64,000 bases of DNA from Dictyostelium discoideum (taxonomy: Eukaryota), in the NCBI GenBank assembly GCA_000004695.1, contig CM000151.3, forward strand, positions 768,001-832,000. Reading direction: 5' to 3'. Shown piece after piece: positions 29,983-44,737 of this stretch. Position numbers and translations under genes: made by a program. The notes under the pieces were generated by a model. That model was not told where the DNA came from, searched no databases, and was given only the letters and a program-made list of their open reading frames with translations. Numbering within the stretch: position 1 is the stretch's first letter; each line of letters starts with the position of its first letter.

Positions 29983-30397
29983 AAATAAAAAAAATAAAAA
30001 GAAGATGTCTCTTCTTAAATTATTAAATCTATTTAATAAATAACAGATTTTTTTTTAAAAAAAAAAAAAAAATAAAAAAATAAAAATAAAAAAAAAAAAA
30101 CCAAACCAAACCAATCAATTAATACTTTAATTTTGAGAAATATAAATAGTTTAATAAAAAAAAAAAAAAAAAAAATTAGCTCGTTAAAATTTTTTTTTTC
30201 TTGTGACATATTCTGAAATTTTTTATTTTACATTAAAAATATAATTTCGGGTTTTTTAATTTTTTTATTTTTTTTATTTTTTGGATACCATTTTTTTTAT
30301 TTTTTGATCACTATTTTATTTTTATTTTTTTTGATTACTATTTTATTTTTATTTTTTTTATTTTTGTCAAATTGGAATAGGATTTAATTTGACAAAA

Positions 30398-30847
30398 ATG
30401 AAAATAAAGTTATTGTTTATTTTTATATTGTTTCAATTTTTTTGCAATTCAATAAAAGCAACAGAACATTTTGTACATGGTGATCTAATAAAATATCCTT
30501 CTGCCTCATATGCAACTTCATGCTCCTTTTATTTCAGTGTTGTATTAACAAATTTAGAACAAGAAGTTTCCCGTATTTCAATTGAAGATCCTTTCTATTC
30601 TGAAGGTTTTTATCCCTCCAAAGATAAAAAAACGGTTATTCTAAAGACGTCTAAAGGAGATTTACAATTAGGAAACACTACTTTGAACTTTTCAGTATTT
30701 AATTCTTCAAATTCAAAATTTTATTCTTTTAATGTAACTTGTTCTTGTAATAGTAAGTATTTTTTATTTTATTTTTTTATATTTTTATTTTATTTTTTTT
30801 TATTTTATTCAATTTAAATTTTATTATTTTATTTTTATTAATTCTTA

Positions 30848-30896
<49 letters not shown>

Positions 30897-33800
30897 GAAT
30901 TGGAATAGAATTTAATTTGACAAATTACAAAGTCATTCCATTATCAAGTGGTTTTGTATATAGTTATTTATGCATTGTATTTAAAATTATAGATTTTCCT
31001 GAAGATATTATATTAGGGGGAAATTCAAATGTTGGTGATATTATTGGTTCAGGATATTTAGGAAATAATAATTATTATATGCAATTTAATAGTATAAAAT
31101 CAATTGCACCATCAGTAAATACCTCAATTATGTTTTTAAACAATGAATGGTTATCATTTATGTTTGATCTTCCTCTTCAAATTAGTATGTATACAATTGT
31201 AAATAATTATATTTATATTTCATAATAAAAATATTGAAAAAAAAAAAAAAATTAACATTATTTTATTAAAAAAAATAAATTAAAAAATAAAGATACATAC
31301 ACAGAAATTGAATCATTAGAATATTATCCAAATAATAATTATACCTTCAAAAATAATATATTAGGTTTTGGAGATTTAAAATTAAAAACCAATTCATCAA
31401 ATTTATTGATAACTTCAAGCTTTATTTCACCTTTTAAGGTTGGAGGAAATAATATAGATGAAGTTTTATATTTGATTCCATTTTTTAATATAATACCAAC
31501 TACATTTTCAATTAAAATTCAGAATGGTGCTTCTTTTATTGAAAAATATATTAATTTTGATTTGAGGAGTAAGTATAATAAATATATAGTATTGTTTTAC
31601 TTTTTTTAATAATTTATAATTATTACCCTTTTACTTACTTTTTTTTTTTTTTTTTTTTTTTAAACAATAAAAAAAAAAGATTTGGAAAATAAAGTGGTAG
31701 TTGTTAATTTGGGAAGTTACCAAAATAATGGTGAATATACTAGTTTAGAAGGTGTTCAAATAAAAAATATTTCAATTTTAGATTCTATTTATTTAGTAGT
31801 ACCACCAAAGATGATTGAAAAACAATTTTCATTCCCATTTGGATTTATTGGTGGAAATTCAAATCAATCATTCCTTTCATTATCATTTCTTTCATATCAA
31901 AGCTATGGAATAGATTCTATTTCAATTGGAATTGGTAACACCAATTTAGGCTCCTTTAAAACCACCGGTTCAACTGATGTTGCCCCACCATTATTATTAG
32001 CCTATGAAATAAGTATTTCAAATTATAATACAGTACTTTTCAAATTAAAAGTAAGCGACAACCAAAGCGGTATAAAATTAATACGATCGACTTCAGCATT
32101 GGTCATGCTTGGTGAATCATTGGTTTCAGGTGATTCATTAAATGCTACACTTGAACTTAGATTTCCATTTGATCAATATCTTACCTTAATTATGTTATGT
32201 GATAATGCATTGAATTGTAATACCTACAGTTTTGACTCTTATTATTTTATACAATCACCAAATATTATAAGCTATTTAAAACCACCAAATCAATTATTTT
32301 CAATACCAAAAGGTAAGACTATAGTCCATCCACAATACTAATCATAAAATAATTTCTTTTATTTCTATTTTATTAATTTTTTTTTTTTTTATTATTGTAA
32401 TTTAGAATTTGATATTAGTAATTGTATTCTTGATATTTCATTTAAATATAATGATTTAGCGGTTACAGATAAATCAATTGCAAATGTTATGTATTTAGAT
32501 ATAGTAAATTTCCCAACCGATAGAGATTTTATCATTAATTTATTTCCAAATCCAAGTATCTCTTTTTTAATACCACCAACTTATATTGCAACATATAATA
32601 ATGTAACAAAGAAATTTGAATGTGAATTTATTGTACCTGCCAATATTAATATTGGCCCACTACAATACTATTTAACTTTTAATAGTTTTATTGTTTTTAG
32701 TTTCTCTTTACCAAATCATTTCCAATTAAATATTAAGGAATCATTATATGCCGATTTTATTGGTCCAATTGCAACTAAAGTTTTAAAATATCAAAATGGT
32801 GGTAGTGGTGGTTCAAATGTATTTGGATGGGAATTTTCATTTGAAAATGATATAAATGGATATAATGAGGGTTATATTCTAGTAAGAGGTTCAATTGATA
32901 TGGCAATTAGAAATATTACAGGTGTATTATCAAGTGGAACAATATTTAGTGGCACTTATAGTTTTAGTGTAAACATTTCTATTACTTGTATATCTCAAAC
33001 TTATTCTATCGTTTATGCAAAATTTATTGATACTCAAGGACAACAAACAGTATTTAAAGTGGCAAATGAATTAAAATTTGAAATGTTAATGAATCCATTT
33101 TACCAACTTATAAAAAACGATGAAAGTTTTATAGATATCGATCTTGTTTGCGACCCAACTTTTTTATCATCAGCTGGAACAACGATAAACCCAAGTTTAA
33201 TTGAATTTACAATTTCAAAAACTGTGTTGGAAGTATTTTCAATTGATAGAAATGTAACATTTAGTTATAATGCATATCATCCAGATGGTTTACTTGATTC
33301 AATACATCCAATAATTTATCTATCATCATATGATCAAGAATTTATTACTGGAATTCAATCAACAACAATGACTCCAAAAAACTCAACCGTTATGAAATAT
33401 ATAACAACCATTGAAGTTCCAATAGGATTTGGTTATCCTGGTGGAATTATTGTAAGTTGTTATGGATTTATTTCAAATGCAGGTACACATAGTGGTTTTA
33501 CATCAAACCTTTTAAAAAAATCTGGTTTTCAATATAAAATTAATTCAGCAAAGAATTCAATGAATGTCATATTAACTGGAAATAGTGAATTATCAAGTAA
33601 TGGTGGGAAATTAATTATTTATGGTAGATTTTTAAGCTCAATTGCAACCGTTACTGTTAAATATAAAAATATAGAAAGTACGTACACACCAATACAACTA
33701 TCAGATACTCAATTCCTTTTAGATTCTATTTCAGCTTCAGACTATTATATTACAATAACAGCAAAAACTACATCTGGTGCTTCTTCTAGTAGTCTTATTG

Positions 33801-34915
33801 TTTATCCAAAATTATTTAAAAATACTACTTTACTAAGACCATCACCAACACCAACGCCAACACTACCAACAACACCAACACCAACAATTAAATGTAAAAC
33901 TACATGTGGTGAATCAAATAAACAAGGATATTGTTCAGTGACACAAGCTGTTTGTATTTGTTATTCACCATGGATCGGTGTTGATTGTCAATCTCAAATC
34001 GTTACAGTACCGCCTCCAAAAATAAATGAAACTAATCCATCAACTGAAATTACAACACCTAGTACATCAGAAATTAAATATTCATCAATTGTTTCAATTG
34101 TTTCATTAAGAGAACTTGACTATAATGATAATGTTGTAAATAATTATACATTTGATAAATGGGTATTTAAATCGATTTCTGATACTCAAAATAAAAAGAT
34201 TTATAGTTATTTTTCAAATATTACAATGAATAATCAAGTCGTATCAAATATTACATCAACTTTAGAATGGAATTCTCAAGCATCAATCGTACAATTTGCA
34301 GGTCAAGATATTTCATTAAATCCATCATCAATAAAGTATACAATTTCAATTTCAAAATATAACTTTTTAAATCAATTAAATACACTTCAATTAGTAATGT
34401 CTGCATCGATTCAAGCTCAAAATAATCCACAATCTGAAAATGATGAATGCTCATCAAATTCATTTGGAAATTCATCATCATCACCAAATCAAGATAAAAT
34501 CGATTCAAACTATATGCAACTTCAAGTTAATGATCATTCATTTTATGGTAGATTTATTAAGAGATGTTTATTAGATTCAAGAATTGTACCAATTTCAAAT
34601 TCAAAATTAGATGAAAATCAAATAGAACAAAAGAGTAATAATAAAATCAGTTCATTCATTGGAATTAATATACCATGGTTTTCGAGTGAAGCGATTATAG
34701 ATCCTGATTTCTCAGTTTTGTTAAGTCATTCTGATAACCCATGTAATGGAGTCAATGGAGATTCAGGTTTAACAAAATCACAATTAATTGGTATAATTGT
34801 AGGCTCTGTTTGTTTATTTATTGTTTTATTTATAATTGTATTTTATTTTCTCTTAAAAAGTTGTTTAACATTTAAAATCTTTATTTACAAATTATTTAAA
34901 AAAAGAAAACATTAA
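30398..34915 (+). CDS. large type I transmembrane cell-surface glycoprotein with an EGF-like Cys-rich module and Pro/Thr linker (Tgr/Lag-like family is a guess); exons 30398..30752, 30909..31184, 31293..31568, 31680..32312, 32406..34915
   Basis: Signal peptide MKIKLLFIFILFQFFCNSIKA, and many N-x-S/T sites. PTPTPTLPTTPTPT linker followed by CKTTCGESNKQGYCSVTQAVCICYSPWIGVDCQ (EGF-like). C-terminal TM helix LIGIIVGSVCLFIVLFIIVFYFLL. Four short AT-rich introns with GTAAGT/GTATGT/GTAAGA donors. All exon phases are consistent (phase 1 at every junction), and the total is 4050 nt, or 1350 codons. Confidence 0.75.
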
Positions 34916-35057
34916 ATAAAAAAATAAAAAAATAAAAAAAGAAAACATAAAATAAAAAATAAAAAAAAAAATTAATTATTAAAAAAATATTAAAGTAAAA
35001 AAAGTTGTGTTATTTATTATTTTCTCTGTTCTTATTGTTCCAGAGGTTTAATTGAGT

Positions 35058-35106
<49 letters not shown>

Positions 35107-36152
35107 ACTGGAAAAAATATGGGAAAAAAAAAAATTTAAAAAAAAAAATAAAATGATACAAAATGGAATGTACAGTTGATTAAAATTTAATTATAAAAAC
35201 TGGATTTATAATTTAAATCTAGATATAGCATGGAGGAATACAATAATAACGATAAAGAATTATTGGAGCCCATTTAGAATTTGTATTTATTGATGAAGAA
35301 CTAATATTATTAAAATTATTATTTACTTGATCATTTATTTTTGTTGATTTACTTGGTTTTCCAAAATTGGAATTAATAATATTTACTATATATTAAAGAA
35401 TTAAAAATTAATATTACGTTAATAAAACTTAAATATATATGAAAAGAAAGAAATAAAAAAAAAATTAAAAATATTTATTTAATTCTTACAAAATAATGAC
35501 ATTTTTTTGATTTTTAGAAAAAATTAATTGAATATTAATATTTATATATATAATTTAAAATTAAATAATTTGTTTAAATAATGAAAAATATAAAAAAAAA
35601 AAATTAATTATTAAATAAATTTAAAATTATTTGTTCAAAAATTGGTAAAAATAAAAAAAAAAAAAAATAAAAAAAAAAAAACAAACTGCTAAAGAATGTA
35701 ATTTGTAAACAATTTTAACACACATAATAGATTTAAATTCGGATAAGAACATTTTTAGTAGAAAATAAAAAAAAAAAAAAAATGGTAATAAAAGGCAAAA
35801 ATTATAGATAAGCAATTTTTAAAAAAAAAAAAAAATTGAATATTATGTATAGAGGATTTAGTGTTGAGTGTGTTAATTTGATAATTTTACCCCCAAACAA
35901 AAACCCCTACCACCAACACCACATATATCTTTCTTTGAGTTTATCAATTTGAAAAAAATAAAAATTAAAAATAAAAAAAAATAAAAAAAAATTAAAAAAA
36001 AAAAAATAAAAATAAAAAAAAATGCAATGATTTAACTCATTTCAAATCAAATATACAAAATATAATTATTATTATTATTATCATTATTATTATTATACAT
36101 CATTTAAACCATACCAGTATAAAAAGTTAAAAAAAAGATAAATATAGATACA

Positions 36153-36154
<2 letters not shown>

Positions 36155-36229
<75 letters not shown>
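36155..36229. repeat. (AAT)n microsatellite, ~25 units
   Basis: Seen directly in the sequence, in the intergenic spacer. Confidence 0.9.
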
Positions 36230-36232
<3 letters not shown>

Positions 36233-36249
36233 TAAAAATAATAATATTC

Positions 36250-36286
<37 letters not shown>

Positions 36287-36974
36287 AAAATATTTTCTTT
36301 TGTGTGTTTTTTTTGTGTTTCCAAAATAAATAAATAACACTATTTTTACCACAATTCCCCACAACATATATATAGTAATTAATTTTAATTTAAATGGCAA
36401 TAATCAAATTATTGAAAATACCATATGATATTGAAAATTAGTATTTTCTATAAGCGACGATAACAATCGAGATAAAATATGTCAAGGAACAACAAAATTT
36501 CAAATAACAATCTAAAAGTGTGAATAATTCCAATATTTCTTTATTTTATATATTTATTTGTTGAACTATTTATTAATCCAATAAAAAAAAAAAAAAAAAT
36601 TATAAGATAAAAATATTTCTTTTTAAGATTTTTGTGTTTAATTGAAAAAAAAAAAAGAAAAACACGGAAATGTGTTACAATGAAATTAATTAAAAAACAA
36701 TATTTTAAAAATACTGTATTCATCATCATAAAAAAATTAAATTAATTATATTTTAAAATTTAAAATATTTTATTATTATAATTTAATTATTAAAAATTAA
36801 AAATGATTAAGGTTGGTATTTTTGAAAGAGGTTTTTTTTTTTTTCCCAATTATAAATTTTAATTGTTTTAAAATCTTTTTTTTTTTTTAAAGGAAATATT
36901 TAAAATCGTATACTTGATTTAAATCATCTTTAACAATATATTTTTCAAGCATAATTTTTTGTTTGATGTTCTTG

Positions 36975-37026
<52 letters not shown>

Positions 37027-37202
37027 TTAGTGTGCATGTGTTGAAAAACTATTTTATAAATTAATATATATATATATTAATAAATTTGTTTTTATTTATT
37101 TTTTATTTTTTATTTTTTATTTATTTTTAATATTACATTTATTACCTTTTTTTTTTTTAAGTTTATATTTTTTCATTTATAATTATAAACAGATTATTAT
37201 TG

Positions 37203-39046
<1,844 letters not shown>

Positions 39047-39240
39047 TTTATATTATTTATTATATTTACAACTTTTTTGATATTTATTTTTTTATATATA
39101 TTTTATTTTTTTCTTTTCTTTTTTTTTTTTTTTCTTTTTCTTTTTTTTTCTTTTCTTTTTTTTTTTTTTTTTTTGAAATGGTATAATTGATTCTAAACAA
39201 TGATTGAATGGATAAAATAATAGTAATAATAGTAATAGTA

Positions 39241-39330
<90 letters not shown>
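39241..39330. repeat. (AAT)n microsatellite, ~30 units, in the promoter region of the F-BAR/SH3 gene
   Basis: Seen directly in the sequence. Confidence 0.9.
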
Positions 39331-39704
39331 TAATGAGGAATATGTTAGTTACTGTTAATTATTGTGTGATTAGAGAGAAAGAGTGTGTGTGGTGTGTGTA
39401 ATTTTTATATCTGTTATATTGTGTGATTGTGATGGTCTTCTTAAAAAAATGTATATTTTTTTTATTTTTTTTTTTTTTTGGGGGAATCAAAATAAGTTTT
39501 TTTTTTTTTTTCAAGTAATTAAAAAAAAAAAAAAAAAAGAAGCAATACAATAAATATATTGAAAAGTAATGATAATAATGTATAAAATAGTTTAGAAATA
39601 CACGTACATGTATTTGGTGGTTGTGGTTGTGTAACAAGTTTGTCAAAAAAAAAAAAAAAAATTAAAAAAAAAAATTAAAAAAATTAAAAAAAAAAAAATC
39701 ATAA

Positions 39705-39743
<39 letters not shown>

Positions 39744-40536
39744 CAAAAAAAAAAAGTTTTAGTTATGGCATTAACAACAACTTGACCGCCATACATTTTT
39801 TTTTTTTTTTTTGGCTTTTTTTTAATAATAAATTCCAATAATAATTCAAATTTTTTTTTTTTTTTTTTTCAAAAAAAATAATTTCAAATGGTTATAATGG
39901 TTTATAACCGAATGCAATAAAAAAATAGGAGAAAAAAAAAAAAAAAAAATTTTTTTATATTTTTTATAAAAAATATCCTGATTGCGATCGATTTTTTTTG
40001 GCATTGCTTAAAAAAAAAAAAAAAAAAAAAATATTATTTGTTATGTTTTTTTTTTTTTTTTTCCTTACTTTTTTTTTTTTTCCTTACTTTTTTTTTTTAT
40101 TCTATTACTATTTTTATTCTATTACTATTTTTTTTTTTATATTTTTTATTTTCTTTCTTTTTTTTTTTTTTTTTTTTTTTTTTTTGCAAGATATTTCACC
40201 CAATACCAGGTTAGGATTTATTTTTTAGGCTATTATGATAATCAAGTGACTTTTTTTAAAAAAAAAAAAAAGCAATAGTTTATTGATATTTGATGGGTTG
40301 TTTTTAAACAATAAACCCAACAATAGATGCAGCACTTTTATTTTTGTTTTTTTAATCAACAGAAATTTTAATTTTAATTTAATTTTTTTTTTTTTTTTCT
40401 TTTTTTTTTTATTCTTTTTTTTTTTTTATAAGGGGATTCACTAAGATTACTTGTCAAATATCTAACTTTTATTTTAAACTAATATCATAAAAAGTTATTG
40501 TTATAATTATTTTTATTTTTTTATTTTTGGTTATTA

Positions 40537-40568
<32 letters not shown>

Positions 40569-40714
40569 AATATTTTAAACCAAATAACTAATTAAAAAAA
40601 AAAAAACGATATAAGAGAAACGTGCTTCTTTGAATATAGAAATAGATTCTAAATATGATGTGTGGTCCTTCAATTGTGAAATTTAAAAACCCCTAATTAT
40701 TGTTTTTGACTGCT

Positions 40715-40749
<35 letters not shown>

Positions 40750-41236
40750 TGTGTCTTTTGCTTCTGGTTTTTATTTGGAAAGTTTTTAGAAATGTTTATA
40801 TATTTAAAATAATAAAATCACATTTAGAAGATTAGGGTTTTAAAGTTTGGATTGTTTGTAGTCCAGACAACTGGTACCAGGACTTTTTTTTATTTATTTT
40901 ATTTTTTTTATTTTATTTTATTTTTTTTATTTTATTTTATTTTTATTTTATTTTTTTTGTTTTTTTTTTTGTTGCTTTTTTTTACCAGCAATATCCATAA
41001 ATGTTGGGAAGTTAAGAAAAATTCCAGACAATTGACAAAATTAAATTTTGAAGTTCATTTGAAATTATCTAAAATAGCAATAAATTAATTAAATATATTA
41101 CTATTATTATTAAAATCCTACTTACTTAATGAAGACTTGAAAAAGAAGCGTTTGTAAAAAATAAAAATTTATTAATTAAAATTTTAAATAATATGGGTTT
41201 TTAAAACACAATAATAGTGTGTATAATATAATATTA

Positions 41237-41267
<31 letters not shown>

Positions 41268-41533
41268 TAAAAATAAAAAATAAAAAAATTAAAAAAAATT
41301 TATATACCCCACAACAATTAAATTATTATTTATTATTAATTTTTTTAAAAGTTTTTTTTTTTTTTTTTTTTAATTAATAAGGATATTTTATTTATTTATT
41401 TATTTATATTATTATTATTTTTTCATTTTTTATTTCTTTTTAAACTTTAAATTTATTTAATCATCAACATATTACATATATAACCACAGCATGATGTGAT
41501 TTAATTCGGCTTTATAATTGATTTTTATATAAA

Positions 41534-41565
<32 letters not shown>

Positions 41566-41927
41566 CTTTTCTTCATTCTTTTTATTATGGAATATACCGG
41601 ATCACGGCAAATTTTAAAATTTCATTTTTTTAATTCACTTTTTTTATAAAATTTCATTTTCAATTTTTTTTTTTTTTTTTTAATATTTTTTTAATTTTTT
41701 TTTTAATTTTTTTTTTTTTTTTTTTTGTAAATTAATATAAATTTTTTTTTTTATTTTTTATTTTTTTTATTTTTTAATTATATATACACATATATAAAGA
41801 AATTTATTATTATTACTTTAATTGTAATAAAATAGTATATCATTAATTTTTATTTCTATTTTTTTTTTATATAACTTTTTTTTTTTTTTTTTTTTTTTTT
41901 ATAAAATTTTATTAAATTAAAAAAAGA

Positions 41928-42027
41928 ATGAATCAAGCCGTAGCAGAATCAATTAATAAATCATTAAAATCTTCAACAGCAGATTATACCCCAAAAGGAT
42001 ATCATATTACCGAATTAGAATCTGGTA

Positions 42028-42066
<39 letters not shown>

Positions 42067-42099
42067 AAAATAATTTTTTTTTTTTTTTAAAAAATTAAA

Positions 42100-42166
<67 letters not shown>

Positions 42167-43771
42167 CAAATTAAATTAGATTCAATTTATTTAGATGAAC
42201 ATTTTTCAGGTAATGCAAAGATTTTCCATAATCCAGCAGTAGCAGTATTATATGAACAAGCATTGGCATTTGAACATGGATCAGCAATTACAAGTACAGG
42301 TGCATTGGTAACCAGATCAGGTGTAAAGACTGGAAGATCACCAAAGGATAAGAGAATTGTAAAGGAACCATCATCACAAGATGATATTTGGTGGGGACCA
42401 GTCAATATTGCAATGGATGATCTTTCATTTATGATCAATCGTGAAAGAGCCATCGATTATTTGAACACTCAAGAAAAGATCTACGTTATCGATGGTTACG
42501 CAGGATGGGATCCAAAATATCGTATCAAGGTTAGAGTCATTTGCGCACGTGCCTACCATGCTCTCTTTATGCACAATATGTTAATTCGTCCAGCCAATAG
42601 AGAAGAGTTAAGAAATTTTGGAGAACCAGATTACACCATTTACAATGCAGGTCAATTCCCAGCAAATCGTTACACTAAGGGTATGTCTTCAAGCTCATCA
42701 ATCGCCATTGATTTCGCTCGTAAGGAAATGGTTATTTTGGGTACTCAATACGCTGGTGAAATGAAAAAAGGTATTCTCACCATCATGATGTATCTCATGC
42801 CAAAGATGGGTGTCTTACCATTACATTCCTCTTGCAATCAAGCTCGTAACAATGGTGATACCACATTATTCTTTGGTCTCTCTGGTACTGGTAAAACTAC
42901 ATTATCCGCCGATATTAACCGTGAATTAATTGGTGATGATGAACATGTTTGGACCGATACTGGTTGTTTCAATATCGAAGGTGGTTGCTATGCAAAATGT
43001 ATCGATCTCTCTCGTGAAAAGGAACCAGAGATCTTTGATGCCATCAAGTTTGGTGCTGTTTTAGAGAATGTCGTCTACAATGAGTACTCTCGTAAGGTCG
43101 ATTACAATGATGTCTCTATCACTGAGAACACCCGTTGTGCCTACCCATTGGAACATATCCCAAATGCCAAATTCCCAGCTATTGCCGGTCATCCAAAGAA
43201 TATCATTATGTTAACTTGTGATGCTTTTGGTATTCTCCCACCAGTATCTCGTTTAGATGCCAATCAAGTTATGTACCATTTCATTCAAGGTTATACCGCC
43301 AAAGTTGCCGGTACTGAAGTTGGTGTCACCGAACCAACTGCAACCTTTTCAAGTTGTTATGGTGAACCATTCATCGTATGGCATCCAACCAAATACGCTG
43401 AAATGTTGGCTTCTCAACTCCATAAACATTCAGCTCGTGCTTGGTTAATTAATACTGGTTGGACTGGTGGTTCTCATGGTGTTGGTTCTCGTATTAAATT
43501 GGCCTACACTCGTGCCATCATCGATGCCATTCACAGTGGAGAACTTGAAAAAATTCCAACCACTAAAATGGATGTTTTCGGTTTCCAAGTACCAAATAGT
43601 TGTCCAGGTGTTCCATCTGAAATTTTAATGCCAATTAATGGTTGGGCTGATAAAGAGAAATATGTTTCAACTATGCATAAATTGGCTAAATTATTTATTG
43701 AAAATTTCAAAAAATTCCAAGATAAAGCTTCACCAGAACTTGTAGCAGCCGGTCCAATATTACCACAATAA
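41928..43771 (+). CDS. pckA: phosphoenolpyruvate carboxykinase (ATP); exons 41928..42024 and 42180..43771
   Basis: PEPCK-ATP signatures: ...[14 protein letters not shown], the kinase-1a P-loop [12 protein letters not shown], and ...GDDEH.W.... Exon 1 reads [32 protein letters not shown]. It ends TCT G|gtaagt. The 155-nt intron is poly-T rich and ends ttaaattag. An alternative acceptor at 42194 is also in phase. The total is 1689 nt, or 563 codons. Confidence 0.92.
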
Positions 43772-44085
43772 AAAAATAAAAATAAAAATAAAAACCAAGA
43801 AAAGAGTGTATATTTTTTAAAACTCAAAGGAAAAAAAATAAAATAAAATAAAATAAAATAAAATAAAATAAAAGTAAATAAAAAAAAAAAAATTAAATTT
43901 AAAAAAAAAGTTAAACATAAAACAAAAATAGATATAAAAAAGGTTTATTTTTAGAAATCAAACAAGAAAAAAAAATAAAAATAAAAATAAAAATAAAAAA
44001 AAAAAAATAAAAATAAAAAAATATCTTAAAATATAAAAATGGAAAAATAATGATGAGTGGCGCTACTTAATCAGTTTTTTTTTTA

Positions 44086-44129
<44 letters not shown>

Positions 44130-44561
44130 AAAAAAAAAATAAAAATAAATTAATTTTTATTTTTATTTTTTTATTTTTTTAATCACCACAAAAAAAACAA
44201 ACATTTGAGTGTGAAAAAAGGTGTTTGAAATATTATATATATATTTTGTACAAATTTTTTCATTTCAAAAAAAAAAAAAAAAAACCAAAAAAAAACCAAA
44301 ATTAAAAAAAAAAAAAAAAAAAAATTATTTATTCATTCATCCAAAAAAAAAAAAAAATTGTATTAATAAATTTTTGTATATATATAAATAACTAAAAAAA
44401 AAAAAAAAAAAAAGAAAAGGAAAAAAAGAAGGAAAACAAAACAAATCAAAAAGAAAGAAAAAAAAGAAAAAAAAACCAAAAAAAAAAAAAAAAAAAAAAA
44501 AAGTAAGATAGAGTTATTTATAGTTTTTATGCAAAAATAAAAATAAAAATAAAAAAAATTA

Positions 44562-44600
<39 letters not shown>

Positions 44601-44737
44601 ACAGAAAAAAAAATAAAATAAAAAAATAAAAATAAAATAACTAACTAAATCTTATTTTATTTTATTTTATTTTATTTTGTTTTATTTTATTTTATTTTAT
44701 TTATCTAATTTTTTTTTTTTTTTAAAAAAAAAAAAGA

